Assembly (NCBI GenBank): GCA_964407145.1
Contig: CAYOUR010000002.1
Coordinates: 1 to 53,408, forward strand
DNA from: an uncultured Lentisphaeraceae bacterium
Lineage (GTDB): Bacteria > Verrucomicrobiota > Lentisphaeria > Oligosphaerales > Oligosphaeraceae
Length of the DNA: 53,408 nucleotides
Direction: 5' to 3'
Each line of letters opens with the position of its first letter. Position 1 is the first letter of the stretch. Below the pieces are notes generated by a model. The model searched no databases. It was not told where the DNA came from and worked only from the letters and a program-made list of their open reading frames with translations. A program made the position numbers and the translations under genes. Below are positions 53,283-53,408 of the stretch, piece by piece.

Positions 53283-53408
53283 GTGGACAATGTACAGTGG
53301 ACGATGGACTTTTATGGACTTTATTGGACAATGGGGCAACACTCCTATCCCAGCGTCCCATACGTCCCACACGTCCCATACGTCCCATACGTCCCATACG
53401 TCCCATAC
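53283..53408. repeat. GGAC-core array on the plus strand, then a perfect 9-mer array (gtcccatac x6) in opposite orientation, running off the window
   Basis: gtggacaatgtacagtggacgatggacttttatggactttattggacaatgg (53283-53333). gtcccatac units run from 53355 to 53408 with one variant, gtcccacac. It lies upstream of the sulfatase start at 53122. Confidence 0.9.

Noticed and set aside
53281-53291. TGTGGACAA-type units (also 17278-17286, 45189-45203 and 45494-45503) that match or nearly match the high-GC DnaA-box consensus TTGTCCACA, suggesting oriC
   Set aside because: The units are scattered over at least five separate loci. There is no dnaA or dnaN gene and no AT-rich unwinding element nearby, and most units deviate from the box. 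A role as generic GGAC arrays is more parsimonious. A DnaA-titration role cannot be excluded but is unsupported.
53355-53408. CRISPR array interpretation of the tandem repeats (also 1-74, 3431-3539 and 17254-17348)
   Set aside because: The repeats are contiguous 7-26-nt units with no unique spacers of 25-40 nt, and there are no cas genes in the window.

Overview
High-GC (about 65% by eye) bacterial chromosomal window with about 40 supportable CDS, one tRNA-Leu(CAG), a few intrinsic terminators and many intergenic repeats. Gene content (Cys-type sulfatases, CBM-rich secreted glycan enzymes, many PQQ-like beta-propeller proteins, Tat-exported FeS proteins) suggests an anaerobic PVC-type (Kiritimatiellota/Lentisphaerota-like) organism, at low confidence. 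Layout: rpsU and a delta-alpha-beta/gamma 2-oxoacid:ferredoxin oxidoreductase operon (0.2-3.3 kb); a 1284-aa secreted glycan-active protein; TraB/GumN and TIM-barrel genes; a CHASE-PAS hybrid histidine kinase; a ~1.8-kb low-GC island (HNH_2 nuclease, an internally duplicated 148-aa protein, a 292-bp MITE); pyrC; a MATE exporter; an Ntn-amidotransferase-like gene. The most unusual content is a 17.5-kb, 14-gene co-directional cluster (20.6-38.1 kb, minus strand) with many ATGA start/stop overlaps. It joins a terpenoid module (ferredoxin, radical SAM, DUF116::polyprenyl synthase fusion, prenyltransferase-like toroid, SHC-like class II cyclase with DADDTA) to a redox module (single-polypeptide NuoE-NuoF-NuoG(N) fusion, Isf flavoprotein, NapH-like membrane polyferredoxin, Tat ferredoxin, Tat mini-protein) and four envelope beta-propeller proteins. 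No recognisable terminal catalytic subunit is present, so I flag it as the best candidate for an undescribed system. The last 10 kb is a sulfated-glycan utilisation region (SSS symporter with small accessory protein, esterase, BFD-like protein, two sulfatases, TIM barrel, ceramidase-like hydrolase). At least seven non-coding sites carry short tandem arrays with a GGAC/GTCC core, and a ~176-bp element occurs twice. The ORF track uses alternative starts and has many long antisense or read-through ORFs typical of high-GC DNA; starts were re-picked by hand, and no database search was run.
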